A stretch of DNA of 32,000 bases, from NCBI GenBank assembly GCA_041942055.1, contig CP145874.1, positions 330,001 through 362,000 on the forward strand, in the 5' to 3' direction. Source of the DNA: Candidatus Saccharimonadota bacterium. Lineage in GTDB: Bacteria; Pseudomonadota; Gammaproteobacteria; Enterobacterales; Enterobacteriaceae. The notes under the pieces are model-generated. The model did no database searches. It was given only the letters and a program-made list of their open reading frames with translations, and had not been told where the DNA came from. Every line of letters starts with the position of its first letter. Positions within the stretch are counted from its first letter, which is position 1. A program made the position numbers and the translations under genes. Below, piece by piece: positions 11,771 through 21,607 of the stretch.

Positions 11771-11828
11771 AAAAGTTATGATTTGTTATATATTAATCAT
11801 GTATGTGTTAAGGAAAATGTCATAAATC

Positions 11829-12707
11829 ATGAAAAAAAAATTTAATAATATTGGTCTAGTGGGACGTCCATGTCATCCAAATGCATTAATAATCCTTAAA
11901 GAAATTTTGCAATGGTTAAAGGTTAAAGGATATCAAGTGATTATTGAATATAATTTAGCTTATAACTTAAATATTGATAATCTTCAAAAAGATACTCTAA
12001 TTAATATCGGAAAAAAAGCAGATTTAGCCGTAGTTGTTGGAGGTGATGGCAATATGTTACGGGCTGCACGAGTATTAGCTAAATATAATATTAATGTGAT
12101 TGGTATTAATAGTGGTAATCTGGGTTTTTTAACTGATCTTACTCCTAAAAATGCTAAATACTACTTGAATGAAGTTTTAAAAGGTAATTACCTTATTGAC
12201 AACCGTTTTTTACTTGAAGCACATATATCTTACCAACATCACAAAAAGAATTCTTGTTTAGCGATGAATGAAGTTATTGTTCATACTGGAAAAGTAGCAC
12301 ATATGTTTGAATTTGAAGTGTATATAGATAATATATTTGCGTTTTCTCAACGTTCAAATGGTTTAATAATTTCTACTCCTACAGGCTCTACAGCTTATTC
12401 TTTATCTGCTGGAGGAACTATTTTAACTCCATCATTAGATGCGATTATTTTAGTTTCCATGTTTCCTCATACTCTTTCTTCACGACCATTAGTTATTAAT
12501 AGTAGCAGTACTATACGTATACGTTTACGTTTTTCTGATATACATATCTATATTAGTTGTGATAGTCAGATTATGCTCTCTGTACATAGAGGTGAAGATG
12601 TTGTGATAAGACGAAGTTTATATAATCTTAATTTGATTCATCCAATAAAATATAATTATTTTAATCTATTAAGTAATAAATTAGGATGGTCAAAAAAACT
12701 TTTTTAA
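11829..12707 (+). CDS. nadK: NAD kinase
   Basis: 292 aa, collinear with E. coli NadK ([39 protein letters not shown], ends KLGWSKKLF). Divergent from grpE as in E. coli. Confidence 0.93.
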   Translation: MKKKFNNIGLVGRPCHPNALIILKEILQWLKVKGYQVIIEYNLAYNLNIDNLQKDTLINIGKKADLAVVVGGDGNMLRAARVLAKYNINVIGINSGNLGFLTDLTPKNAKYYLNEVLKGNYLIDNRFLLEAHISYQHHKKNSCLAMNEVIVHTGKVAHMFEFEVYIDNIFAFSQRSNGLIISTPTGSTAYSLSAGGTILTPSLDAIILVSMFPHTLSSRPLVINSSSTIRIRLRFSDIHIYISCDSQIMLSVHRGEDVVIRRSLYNLNLIHPIKYNYFNLLSNKLGWSKKLF

Positions 12708-12765
12708 GATAAGACTTATATTGCTTTTTATAATAATATTAATATATAATTGTTTGTGAATCAGT

Positions 12766-13230
12766 ATGAAAGAAAAAAAATTACACTATATTACTACTAA
12801 TAGACGTGCTTATTATGAATATTCAATTGAAGAAACATTTGAAGCCGGAATTGTATTACAAGGTTGGGAGGTAAAATCTCTTCGATTAGGAAACGTCCAT
12901 ATCAATGATAGTTATGTTTTACTACATAAAGGAAACGCTTATTTAGTAGGGACGAATTTTCAACCCACAAAAAATTTATCTACTCATATTAGTTATAATC
13001 CAATCCGTGATAAGAAATTGTTACTTCAGCCACGAGAATTGAAAAATTTATATGGTAAAGTAACTCGTAAAGGATATACAGTTATCGTTTTATCTTTATA
13101 TTGGAAAAAAATCTGGTGTAAAGCTCTTATTGGAATTGTTAAAGGTAAAATGCAACATGATAAACGTGCTAATATTAAAAATCGTGAATGGCAAATCCAT
13201 AAAGAACGTCTTATAAAGAAGATTATTTAG
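12766..13230 (+). CDS. smpB: SsrA-binding protein SmpB
   Basis: 154 aa. N.RA.YEY.IEE.FEAG..LQGWEVKSLR and YTV..LSLYWK are conserved. Lies immediately upstream of ssrA. Confidence 0.93.
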   Translation: MKEKKLHYITTNRRAYYEYSIEETFEAGIVLQGWEVKSLRLGNVHINDSYVLLHKGNAYLVGTNFQPTKNLSTHISYNPIRDKKLLLQPRELKNLYGKVTRKGYTVIVLSLYWKKIWCKALIGIVKGKMQHDKRANIKNREWQIHKERLIKKII

Positions 13231-13244
13231 ATCGAATAAATATT

Positions 13245-13609
13245 GGGGCTGTTTTTGGATTCGACGTAAATTGCGAAATCTTAAGTGCATGTCGAGGGAC
13301 GGTAGGCCTCGTCAAAAACCGTAATAATAAATAGTCGCAAATAACGACAATTATGCTTTAGCAGCGTAAAAAACTGTTCTAGAGCCCTCTAATTCTTAAT
13401 CTTAGCTCTTGAGGTGAGAATAAAAGGAGGTCATTAAATAAGAGCTCGTGTATCTAAGCCTGATACAGATACATTAAATTATACAGGCTAGTTTATTCAT
13501 AGTATGTCAGTCTACTATTAAATAAATGAATCAAATAGACTAGACTAAACATGTAGTACCGAGGATGTAGAATTTGCGGACGCGGGTTCGAATCCCGCCA
13601 GCTCCACCA
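13245..13609 (+). ncRNA. ssrA: tmRNA (SsrA); encoded tag ANNDNYALAA
   Basis: The 5' end GGGGCTGTTTTTGGATTCGACG and the 3' end GGACGCGGGTTCGAATCCCGCCAGCTCCACCA form the tRNA-like domain. The resume codon is GCA at 13337, and the tag ORF GCA AAT AAC GAC AAT TAT GCT TTA GCA GCG TAA spans 13337..13369. The E. coli tag is ANDENYALAA. Confidence 0.95.
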
Positions 13610-13752
13610 CTACGCTTAAAAAGATAAAGATATCATGGAAAGAAAAGGATTTATCTAAAAAAATATTTAAAATTTATGTATTATAAAAAAAGAAGTATTT
13701 TTCTATTCTAAGTTCAATAATCTTTTAGATAAAAAATCAAGGATTGATTAAA

Positions 13753-14802
13753 ATGCCCAATAATGCATTCAACAATTATAATAATATTTCTAATCAGCTT
13801 ATTACACCGAAAGAGTTAAAGAAATTTTATCCGTGTAATGATCAATTAAAGTTACAAATATCTAATTTTCGTAAGAGTATATCTGAGATTATCAATGGAT
13901 CTGATCATCGTTTATTAATAATATGTGGTCCATGTTCTATTCATGATCCACAGTTAGCAATGGAATATGCAAAAAAGCTTAAAAAACTTTCTGATAAATT
14001 GCATGATAGTATCTATATAATTATGCGGGTTTATTTAGAAAAACCCCGAACTTCAATAGGTTGGAAAGGATTACTTAATGATCCATATCTGAATAATTCT
14101 TTTGATATAGAATCCGGATTAAAAATATCCCGTAAACTTCTATTAGAACTTACAAAATTAGGACTTCCGCTTGCTACAGAAGTATTAAGTTTTCATACTA
14201 TACCATATTTGGAAGATTTATTCAGTTGGATGGCAATAGGAGCAAGAACTACAGAATCACAACCTCATCGTGAGATGGTATCAGGATTATCAATGCCCGT
14301 GGGTTTTAAAAATAGTACTGATGGTAATTTTCATAACGCTATAAATGCTATAAAAACCGCAAGTGTACCACATACTTTTATAAGTATTAATGCTGATGGA
14401 AAAATTAGTTTATTGCAAACGTGTGGCAATAAGAATTTACATGTAATATTACGTGGAGGACATCATAAGCCAAATTATGATGCAGAATCTATTTCACAAT
14501 GTGTAGATTCTATGAAAAAAGCTGGTTTATATCCATCTATTATGGTGGATTGTAGTCATGATAATTCAAAAAGAGATTATCGGTGTCAACCCGAGGTTGC
14601 TAAATCAGTAATAATGCAACGTAAAATGGGTAATACTTTTATTACTGGATTAATGTTAGAAAGTAATTTATATGAAGGTAATCAATTATTTGAATTACCA
14701 TTTGATGAAATACATTATGGTATTTCATTAACTGATGCATGTATCAGTTGGAAAACTACAGAAATACTTCTTCAAGACATTTATAAAACCTTAAAGGCTT
14801 AA
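13753..14802 (+). CDS. aroF: 3-deoxy-7-phosphoheptulonate (DAHP) synthase, class I, AroF-like
   Basis: Closest to E. coli AroF rather than AroG or AroH (..SRKSIS.II.G.D.RLL..CGPCSIHDP..A.EYA; GLPLATE; SGLSMPVGFKN.TDG). Sits upstream of tyrA as in the aroF-tyrA operon. ATG 13753 is preferred over TTG 13744 because AAGGA lies 9 nt upstream. Confidence 0.88.
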   Translation: MPNNAFNNYNNISNQLITPKELKKFYPCNDQLKLQISNFRKSISEIINGSDHRLLIICGPCSIHDPQLAMEYAKKLKKLSDKLHDSIYIIMRVYLEKPRTSIGWKGLLNDPYLNNSFDIESGLKISRKLLLELTKLGLPLATEVLSFHTIPYLEDLFSWMAIGARTTESQPHREMVSGLSMPVGFKNSTDGNFHNAINAIKTASVPHTFISINADGKISLLQTCGNKNLHVILRGGHHKPNYDAESISQCVDSMKKAGLYPSIMVDCSHDNSKRDYRCQPEVAKSVIMQRKMGNTFITGLMLESNLYEGNQLFELPFDEIHYGISLTDACISWKTTEILLQDIYKTLKA

Positions 14803-14808
14803 CTAATA

Positions 14809-15939
14809 ATGATAGCAAAATTAGAAGTATTACGTAATAAAATAGACCAATTAGACAAATTATTATTGAATATAATAATGAAAAGAATGAATTTGATAGC
14901 AAAAATAGGAGAAATTAAACATAAATATGGATTACCTGTTTACGTTCCGGAACGTGAAAAATTAATGTTAGCTATGCATCGTAATCAAGCCGAAAAAGTT
15001 GGTATTTCTCCAGATTTCTTTGAAGATATTTTACGTCGTATAATATACGAATCTTATTCAGTACAATCTAAAAAAGGTTTTCAACAAGTTTATCCATTAT
15101 TACGTCCTATTGTTATAATAGGAGGTAAGGGCAGAATGGGACAATTTTTTCATAACTTACTCTGTTTGTCCCATTATAAAGTTAAAATTCTTGATAAAGA
15201 TGATTGGCCAAATTCACGCAAAATATTATCAAATGCTGCAATGGTTATTATTAGTGTACCTATTCGAATAATTCAAAAAATCATAGGACAATTACCTAAG
15301 CTTCAAGATGATTGTATTTTAGTAGATGTCTCCTCCATTAAAACTCTACCTTTAGAAGCAATGTTATCTATTCATAAGGGTCCTGTATTAGGATTGCATC
15401 CTTTATTTGCTCCGGATAGTAGTGATAATCCTGTAAAACAAATAACAATCTGTTGTAATGGGAGAAATCCAGAAGCATATCAATGGTTTTTAAAACAACT
15501 AACTATTTGGGGAATGCGTTTACATTGTATTAGTAGTATGAAACATGATCAAAATATGGCAATTATTCAAGCATTACGACATTTTACTCATTTTGTTTAT
15601 GGATTACATTTGCAACAAGAAAATGTAAAAATAGAAGATTTATTAAGTTTTGGAACTGCTATGTATCGCTGTGAATTATTTATGATTATGGGACGATTTT
15701 TTACTCAAGATCATAATCTTTATGCTGATATAATTATGGATTCTAATATTAATTTAGAAATAATTAAACGCTATTATGTTCGTTTTGGAGAAGCAATTAG
15801 ACTTTTGGAATCGGGAGATAAAAAAAAATTTATTCAAGATTGTATTAAAATAAAACAATGGTTAGGTGTTTATGCTGAGCACTTTCTTGCGGCTAATAGT
15901 AGCTTATTAGTTAATTGCCATGATATCTATAGAGAATAG
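14809..15939 (+). CDS. tyrA: Bifunctional chorismate mutase / prephenate dehydrogenase (T-protein)
   Basis: 376 aa, collinear with E. coli TyrA (L.LR..ID..D..LL, GLP.YVPERE, GPVLGLHP.F.PDS, EAYQWFL.Q...WG.RLH, HDQNMA.IQALRHF). Confidence 0.93.
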   Translation: MIAKLEVLRNKIDQLDKLLLNIIMKRMNLIAKIGEIKHKYGLPVYVPEREKLMLAMHRNQAEKVGISPDFFEDILRRIIYESYSVQSKKGFQQVYPLLRPIVIIGGKGRMGQFFHNLLCLSHYKVKILDKDDWPNSRKILSNAAMVIISVPIRIIQKIIGQLPKLQDDCILVDVSSIKTLPLEAMLSIHKGPVLGLHPLFAPDSSDNPVKQITICCNGRNPEAYQWFLKQLTIWGMRLHCISSMKHDQNMAIIQALRHFTHFVYGLHLQQENVKIEDLLSFGTAMYRCELFMIMGRFFTQDHNLYADIIMDSNINLEIIKRYYVRFGEAIRLLESGDKKKFIQDCIKIKQWLGVYAEHFLAANSSLLVNCHDIYRE

Positions 15940-15983
15940 AATATTAAAAAAGAATACATCTGGCTCAAGTATGTAAGTTTTAC

Positions 15984-16685
15984 TCACTCCAGTTTTTTAA
16001 CCTTATGATTATCTAATGAAAAGGAGATTTTTTTATAAGCTTCTTTTATAAGAACCAATGCGAGTTTAGTATATTTGGTGTTAGGATAATATAACATCAT
16101 TTTTTCAATTCGATGAATGACTGATATATACTTTCGATGTTGAAAATAAAAATTTGCTATTAGTAAATCATAATTTGCTAAACGTTCTTTTAAAGCAGAA
16201 ATATGTTTTCGAGCATTAATTGTATATTTACTTTCAGGATAACTGAGAATTAGTTGAGAAAAATCATGCAAAGCAGATCGAGCATATTCTGAATTACAAT
16301 TAGATAAATCTAATCTAAATAATTTTCTCCAAAAATATTGATCTAATCTAATATAGATTAAACCCCGCATATATAAAACATAATCAAGATTGGATTGATT
16401 AGGATAATCAAATATATATTTTTGAATAATTTTTTCTGCATTAACTAAATTCCCTTGTTTATAATATATATAAATTAAATTGAGCTTATGTTGTTGAGAA
16501 TCAGATTCTAATATAAAAGGTTCTGAATTAGGGGTATTGTTCCAAGGTTTTATCAAAGATTGAAAGGTACGCTGATATTTTCGCATCATATTTAAAAAAT
16601 TATTACGATTATTATTCATAGAACCATTTCCTAATACGAACGTTAAAATAATGAAAATTATTAATAAGTGATATTTTAGATACAT
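15984..16685 (-). CDS. bamD: Outer-membrane protein assembly factor BamD (YfiO) homologue, without a lipobox cysteine
   Basis: 233 aa of TPR-like sequence aligns with E. coli BamD (LDYV.YMRGL, YA R.A..DFS.L...YP.S.YT..A.K....LK.RLA.Y). Divergent from rluD as in E. coli. The N-terminal hydrophobic segment ends FVLGNGS, where E. coli has FLAGCSGS. Confidence 0.85.
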   Translation of the reverse strand: MYLKYHLLIIFIILTFVLGNGSMNNNRNNFLNMMRKYQRTFQSLIKPWNNTPNSEPFILESDSQQHKLNLIYIYYKQGNLVNAEKIIQKYIFDYPNQSNLDYVLYMRGLIYIRLDQYFWRKLFRLDLSNCNSEYARSALHDFSQLILSYPESKYTINARKHISALKERLANYDLLIANFYFQHRKYISVIHRIEKMMLYYPNTKYTKLALVLIKEAYKKISFSLDNHKVKKLE

Positions 16686-16805
16686 AAATTTATTAAAATA
16701 ATGAAAGATCTATAATCTTATCTTAAGAAGATAGCAATTCAATAATGATTTTCAATATATTGAATTATCCTTTAATGAAATTTTTAACTACAACAATTAA
16801 TAGTT

Positions 16806-17798
16806 ATGATTATGCAATCGAAAAAAATTACTGCTATGATATCAGAAAGACAAATAGGACAACGTTTAGATAAAATTTTGGTGGAATTATTTCCTAAATA
16901 CTCTCGTTGTTGTTTAAAAAAATGGATTTTAGGTAAAAAAGTATTGTTAGAAAATAAGATTTTTGATAAACCCAAAACTAAGATAAAAAATCTTGCCAAA
17001 ATTGTTATTAATGTACCAATAGATCCAGACAATTTTGTGCAAGCTCAACAAATAGATTTAAATATCATTTACGAAGATGATGATATTTTAATTTTAAATA
17101 AACCTATGAATTTGGTAGTACATCCTGGAGCCGGTAATAATCATTATCGAACGTTGCTAAATGGTTTACTATATTATTATCCAAAAATTATTAGTGTGCC
17201 TAGAGCAGGAATAGTTCATCGTTTAGATAAAAATACCACTGGTTTAATGATTATAGCTAAAACACCTTTAGTTCAACAATATTTGGTTGAATCTATAAAA
17301 AAGCGTCATATTATTCGTCAATATGAAGCAATTATAATAGGAGTTATAAGATCAGAAGGATTCATAAATCAGTCTATTAGTCGTGATCCTAATAAACGTA
17401 CTCTAATGAAAATTAATTCTTTAACCGGAAAATCTGCGATAACTCATTATCGTGTACTAGAACGTTTTAGAGCACATACACATATTTTTTTACAATTAGA
17501 AACTGGAAGAACACATCAAATACGAGTGCATATGGCATATATTAATCATCCTCTTGTAGGTGATAATTTTTATCCGGGACATAAAACACTACACCAATTA
17601 CCTCCTAATATTTCCCTAGATGTAGTATCTCAATTAAACGCTTTTAATCGTCAGGCATTACATGCTTCACATTTAAGTTTTTATCATCCAATTCGCAAAA
17701 TATATATGGAATATAAAGCACCATTACCTCAAGATATGTTAGATTTAATTTCTGTATTACGTGCAGACAAATCCAAATCAATCCAATCTAAAACCTAA
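16806..17798 (+). CDS. rluD: 23S rRNA pseudouridine synthase RluD
   Basis: 330 aa with an S4-like N-terminus (GQRLD..L...FP.YSR). Conserved segments: [54 protein letters not shown]. Confidence 0.93.
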   Translation: MIMQSKKITAMISERQIGQRLDKILVELFPKYSRCCLKKWILGKKVLLENKIFDKPKTKIKNLAKIVINVPIDPDNFVQAQQIDLNIIYEDDDILILNKPMNLVVHPGAGNNHYRTLLNGLLYYYPKIISVPRAGIVHRLDKNTTGLMIIAKTPLVQQYLVESIKKRHIIRQYEAIIIGVIRSEGFINQSISRDPNKRTLMKINSLTGKSAITHYRVLERFRAHTHIFLQLETGRTHQIRVHMAYINHPLVGDNFYPGHKTLHQLPPNISLDVVSQLNAFNRQALHASHLSFYHPIRKIYMEYKAPLPQDMLDLISVLRADKSKSIQSKT

Positions 17799-17818
17799 AT
17801 AATAGTCAAGGAGACTGT

Positions 17819-20377
17819 GTGCGCTTAGATCGTCTTACAAATGAATTTCAATTAGCATTAGCTGATGCTCAATCTATAGCTTTAGGACAGGATCATCAAT
17901 TCATTGAACCATTACATGTGATGCTAGCGTTTTTAAATCAAGAAGAAGGATCTATATATCAGTTAATAAATGCTATGGGAGTAAAAATAGATTTATTACG
18001 TAAAAAAATCGAACAGTCGATTGACAATCTACCCAAAGTTTATGGTAATAATGGAAATATTCAATATTCTAATGATTTAATACGTATTCTTAATCTTTGT
18101 GATAAATTTGCACAAAAATCCAAACATACCTTAATTTCATCTGAAACCTTTTTATTGGCTATAATTAATACCTACGGATTTTTAACGGATTTATTAAAAT
18201 CTTTAGGCATAAACCAATATAATATAAGTGAGGTTATCAAAAAAAAATTAGGTGGAAACGAATCGGTGAATAGTATAGAAATTTTAAAAAAATATTCTCA
18301 AGATCTTACTGAACGTGCTGAAAAAGGAAAATTAGATCCAGTAATTGGACGTGATGAAGAAATCCGTCGTACTATTCAAGTTTTACAACGTCGTACGAAA
18401 AATAATCCGGTATTAATTGGTGAACCAGGAGTTGGAAAAACCGCTATTATTGAAGGCTTAGCTCAAAGAATTGTAAATAATGAAGTACCAGAAGGATTAA
18501 AAAACAAACGAGTATTAGCATTAGATATGGGAACTTTATTAGCAGGTGCAAAATATAGAGGAGAATTCGAAGAACGTTTAAAATTAGTTTTAAAAGATCT
18601 AAGAAAACAGCAAGGCAATGTAATTTTATTTATTGATGAATTACATACTATGGTGGGAGCTGGAAGAACAGATGGAGCTATAGATGCTAGTAATATGCTC
18701 AAACCGGCTTTAGCACGTGGAGAATTACATTGTGTTGGAGCAACTACTTTAGATGAATACCGTCAATATATTGAAAAAGATGCAGCATTAGAACGAAGAT
18801 TTCAAAAAATATTTATTACTGAACCAACAGTACAAGATACTATAGCTATTTTACGAGGATTAAAAGAACGTTATGAATTACATCATCATGTTCATATTAC
18901 TGATCCTGCAATAATAGCAGCAGTCACCTTATCTCAACGCTATATTGCTGATAGAAAATTACCAGATAAGGCAATTGATTTAATTGATGAAGCAGCTGCG
19001 AGCATACGATTACAAATCGACTCAAAACCCGAATTATTAGATCGTTTAGAGCGTCGTATTATACAACTAAAAGTTGAACAACAAGCTTTGAAAAAAGAAA
19101 CTGATTCTGCAAGTATTAAACGTCTTGAGGTTATTAATACAGATATTGCATTATACGAACAAAAATATACTAAGTTAGAAGAACATTGGAAGAAAGAAAA
19201 AAAAATCTTATCTGAGACACAAAGAATTAAAAGTCAATTAGAAGAAACTAAAACCTTATTAGAACAAGCACGCCGATCTGGAGATCTTTCAAGAATGTCA
19301 GAACTCCAATATGGAACAATTCCAGAACTAGAAAAGCAATTAATCATTGCTACCAAATCTAATGAAAATTTTATGCATTTATTACGTAATCGCGTAAGTG
19401 AGACAGAAATAGCTGATGCATTATCACGCTGGACAGGGATTCCTGTCTCTCGTCTGATGGAAGGAGAACGTAAAAAATTACTACGTATAGAGAAAGCATT
19501 GCACGACAGAGTAATTGGACAACATGAAGCTATAGAAGCAGTAGCTAATGCATTGCGTCGAAATCGGGTGGGTTTATCAGATAGTAATCAGCCCATTGGT
19601 TCGTTTTTATTTATTGGACCTACAGGTGTGGGTAAAACAGAACTTTGTAAAGCACTTGCCAATTTTATGTTTGATAGTGATAATGCAATGATACGTATTG
19701 ATATGTCAGAATTTATGGAAAAACATAGTGTATCTCGTTTAATTGGAGCACCCCCGGGTTATATTGGTTATGAAGAAGGTGGTTACTTAACTGAAGTTGT
19801 TAGACACCGTCCTTATTCAGTTATTTTACTAGATGAACTAGAAAAAGCACATACAGAGATTTTTAATATTTTACTTCAAGTATTAGATGATGGTCGTTTA
19901 ACTGATAATCAAGGTAGAACAGTAGATTTTCGAAATACTATTATTATTATGACCTCTAATTTAGGATCTAATATGATCCAAGAAAATTTTAAAGAATTAA
20001 ATCATGAAAAAATGAAAGATCTAATTTTTAATATAGTGAATCAACATTTTCGTCCGGAATTTATTAATCGTATTACTGAAATAGTAGTATTTCATCCTTT
20101 AGATAAAAACCATCTAAATGCAATAGTTAAACTTCAATTACACCAACTCAATCAACGGTTAAAAGCACAAGGTTATCAAATTGATATTTCTAATAACGTG
20201 TTAGAATTTTTAGTGAAAAAAGGTTTCAATCCTTTATATGGAGCAAGACCTTTAAAAAGAACAATTCAAAATACCATTGAAAATATTTTAGCCAGAGATA
20301 TTTTATCTGGCAAAATTACTATTGATAAACCTATAAAAATCGATTATATCCATGGACAATTAGTGTATTATTCTTAA
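17819..20377 (+). CDS. clpB: Disaggregase chaperone ClpB (GTG start)
   Basis: 852 aa. The first 40 residues are nearly identical to E. coli ClpB ([29 protein letters not shown]). Both Walker A motifs are present ([16 protein letters not shown]). AGGAG lies upstream of GTG 17819. Confidence 0.95.
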   Translation: MRLDRLTNEFQLALADAQSIALGQDHQFIEPLHVMLAFLNQEEGSIYQLINAMGVKIDLLRKKIEQSIDNLPKVYGNNGNIQYSNDLIRILNLCDKFAQKSKHTLISSETFLLAIINTYGFLTDLLKSLGINQYNISEVIKKKLGGNESVNSIEILKKYSQDLTERAEKGKLDPVIGRDEEIRRTIQVLQRRTKNNPVLIGEPGVGKTAIIEGLAQRIVNNEVPEGLKNKRVLALDMGTLLAGAKYRGEFEERLKLVLKDLRKQQGNVILFIDELHTMVGAGRTDGAIDASNMLKPALARGELHCVGATTLDEYRQYIEKDAALERRFQKIFITEPTVQDTIAILRGLKERYELHHHVHITDPAIIAAVTLSQRYIADRKLPDKAIDLIDEAAASIRLQIDSKPELLDRLERRIIQLKVEQQALKKETDSASIKRLEVINTDIALYEQKYTKLEEHWKKEKKILSETQRIKSQLEETKTLLEQARRSGDLSRMSELQYGTIPELEKQLIIATKSNENFMHLLRNRVSETEIADALSRWTGIPVSRLMEGERKKLLRIEKALHDRVIGQHEAIEAVANALRRNRVGLSDSNQPIGSFLFIGPTGVGKTELCKALANFMFDSDNAMIRIDMSEFMEKHSVSRLIGAPPGYIGYEEGGYLTEVVRHRPYSVILLDELEKAHTEIFNILLQVLDDGRLTDNQGRTVDFRNTIIIMTSNLGSNMIQENFKELNHEKMKDLIFNIVNQHFRPEFINRITEIVVFHPLDKNHLNAIVKLQLHQLNQRLKAQGYQIDISNNVLEFLVKKGFNPLYGARPLKRTIQNTIENILARDILSGKITIDKPIKIDYIHGQLVYYS

Positions 20378-20856
20378 CAATTATTTTTTAGGATTTTTAC
20401 GATATATCCAGTATCATTGAATGTAGGTGATTTAGCAGCTTTTCGAGCTAATTCATCACACTGTTCATTATCAGTATGTCCAGAATGTCCTTTGATCCAA
20501 TTCCATTGGATATGATGATGATTTAATTTTTTATCAAGACGTTTCCATAAGTCTAGGTTTTTTACTGGACGTTTATTATATGTAAGCCAATTACTTTTTT
20601 TCCAATTATAGATCCAATTTTTTACTCCTAGTTGTACGTATTTACTATCAGTAATGATTTCCACCATACATCTTTGTTTTAATAATTCTAATGCAACAAT
20701 AACAGCTATAAGTTCCATACGATTATTGGTAGTTAAATAAAAACCTGCACTCAGTGACTTTTTATATTTTCCATAATGTAATATAATACCATATCCACCA
20801 GGTCCGGGATTTCTTAAACAAGAACCATCTGTAAAAATTTTTACCGTTTTATACAT
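20374..20856 (-). CDS. rnhA: Ribonuclease HI
   Basis: 160 aa. The equivalents of catalytic residues D10, E48, D70, H124 and D134 are present (FTDGSC, NNRMEL, TDS.Y, KGHSGH, CDELA). Divergent from dnaQ as in E. coli. Confidence 0.93.
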   Translation of the reverse strand: MYKTVKIFTDGSCLRNPGPGGYGIILHYGKYKKSLSAGFYLTTNNRMELIAVIVALELLKQRCMVEIITDSKYVQLGVKNWIYNWKKSNWLTYNKRPVKNLDLWKRLDKKLNHHHIQWNWIKGHSGHTDNEQCDELARKAAKSPTFNDTGYIVKILKNNC

Positions 20857-20875
20857 TTAATATTTATTATTATTT

Positions 20876-21607
20876 ATGAAAAAATCCATAACAAGAAAAA
20901 TTGTCTTAGATGTTGAAACTACAGGAATGAATAAATCTGGTATATGTCATGAAGGACACCGAATTATAGAGATAGGTGCAGTTGAAATCTGTTATAGAAA
21001 TTTTACTGGAAATAATTTTCATACTTATTTAAATCCTAATCGATCAATAGATCCTGTTGCAACCTCTATTCATGGGATTACTAATGAATTTTTATTCGAT
21101 AAACCGTTTTTTCATCAAATTGTAGATCAATTTTTAGATTATATCGAAGGAGCAGAATTAATTATACATAATGCTTCTTTTGATATTGGTTTCCTCAATT
21201 ATGAATTGAAGATGTTGCATCGTAACCTTCCCAAAATTGAATCATTATGTTCTATTACAGATACACTTTTATTAGCCCGTAACTTATTTCCAGGAAAACG
21301 AAACAGTCTGGATGCACTTTGTAGTAGATATCAAATTAATAATCATAAACAACGAAGGATTAAACATGGTGCTCTATTAGATGCTGAAATTTTAGCTGAT
21401 ATTTATTTAATTATGACAGGTGAACAAATATCATTTAATTTTTGTAACAATATTAATAAACCTTCTGAAAACATTTTTACTTCTAAAGCTATGTCTGTAC
21501 TACGTGTTATCAAAGCTAGCCAAGAGGAAACTCTTCTTCATGAGGATTATTTAAATCTTATGACAAAAAAAAATGGTATTTGTTTATGGCAGACTATTAG
21601 TAAGTAG
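20876..21607 (+). CDS. dnaQ: DNA polymerase III epsilon subunit (proofreading exonuclease)
   Basis: 243 aa. All three Exo motifs are intact (VLDVETTG, HNASFDIGF, HGALLDAEILADIY). Confidence 0.93.
   Translation: MKKSITRKIVLDVETTGMNKSGICHEGHRIIEIGAVEICYRNFTGNNFHTYLNPNRSIDPVATSIHGITNEFLFDKPFFHQIVDQFLDYIEGAELIIHNASFDIGFLNYELKMLHRNLPKIESLCSITDTLLLARNLFPGKRNSLDALCSRYQINNHKQRRIKHGALLDAEILADIYLIMTGEQISFNFCNNINKPSENIFTSKAMSVLRVIKASQEETLLHEDYLNLMTKKNGICLWQTISK

Noticed and set aside
13610-13752. A possible att-site duplication or integrase remnant 3' of ssrA, and the AGATAAA...TTTATCT inverted repeat there.
   Set aside because: I could see no repeat of the ssrA 3' terminal sequence (…GAATCCCGCCAGCTCCACCA) downstream. 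The 7-bp inverted repeat has a 21-nt loop and is all A/T apart from one G-C pair. The idea survives only as a hypothesis within the synteny finding.
17640-17818. A sigma-32 promoter for clpB inside the 3' end of rluD.
   Set aside because: There is no CTTGAA-like -35 with a CCCCAT-like -10 at 13-15 nt spacing in the 180 bp upstream of the clpB GTG. clpB may be co-transcribed with rluD or use a promoter I cannot recognise.
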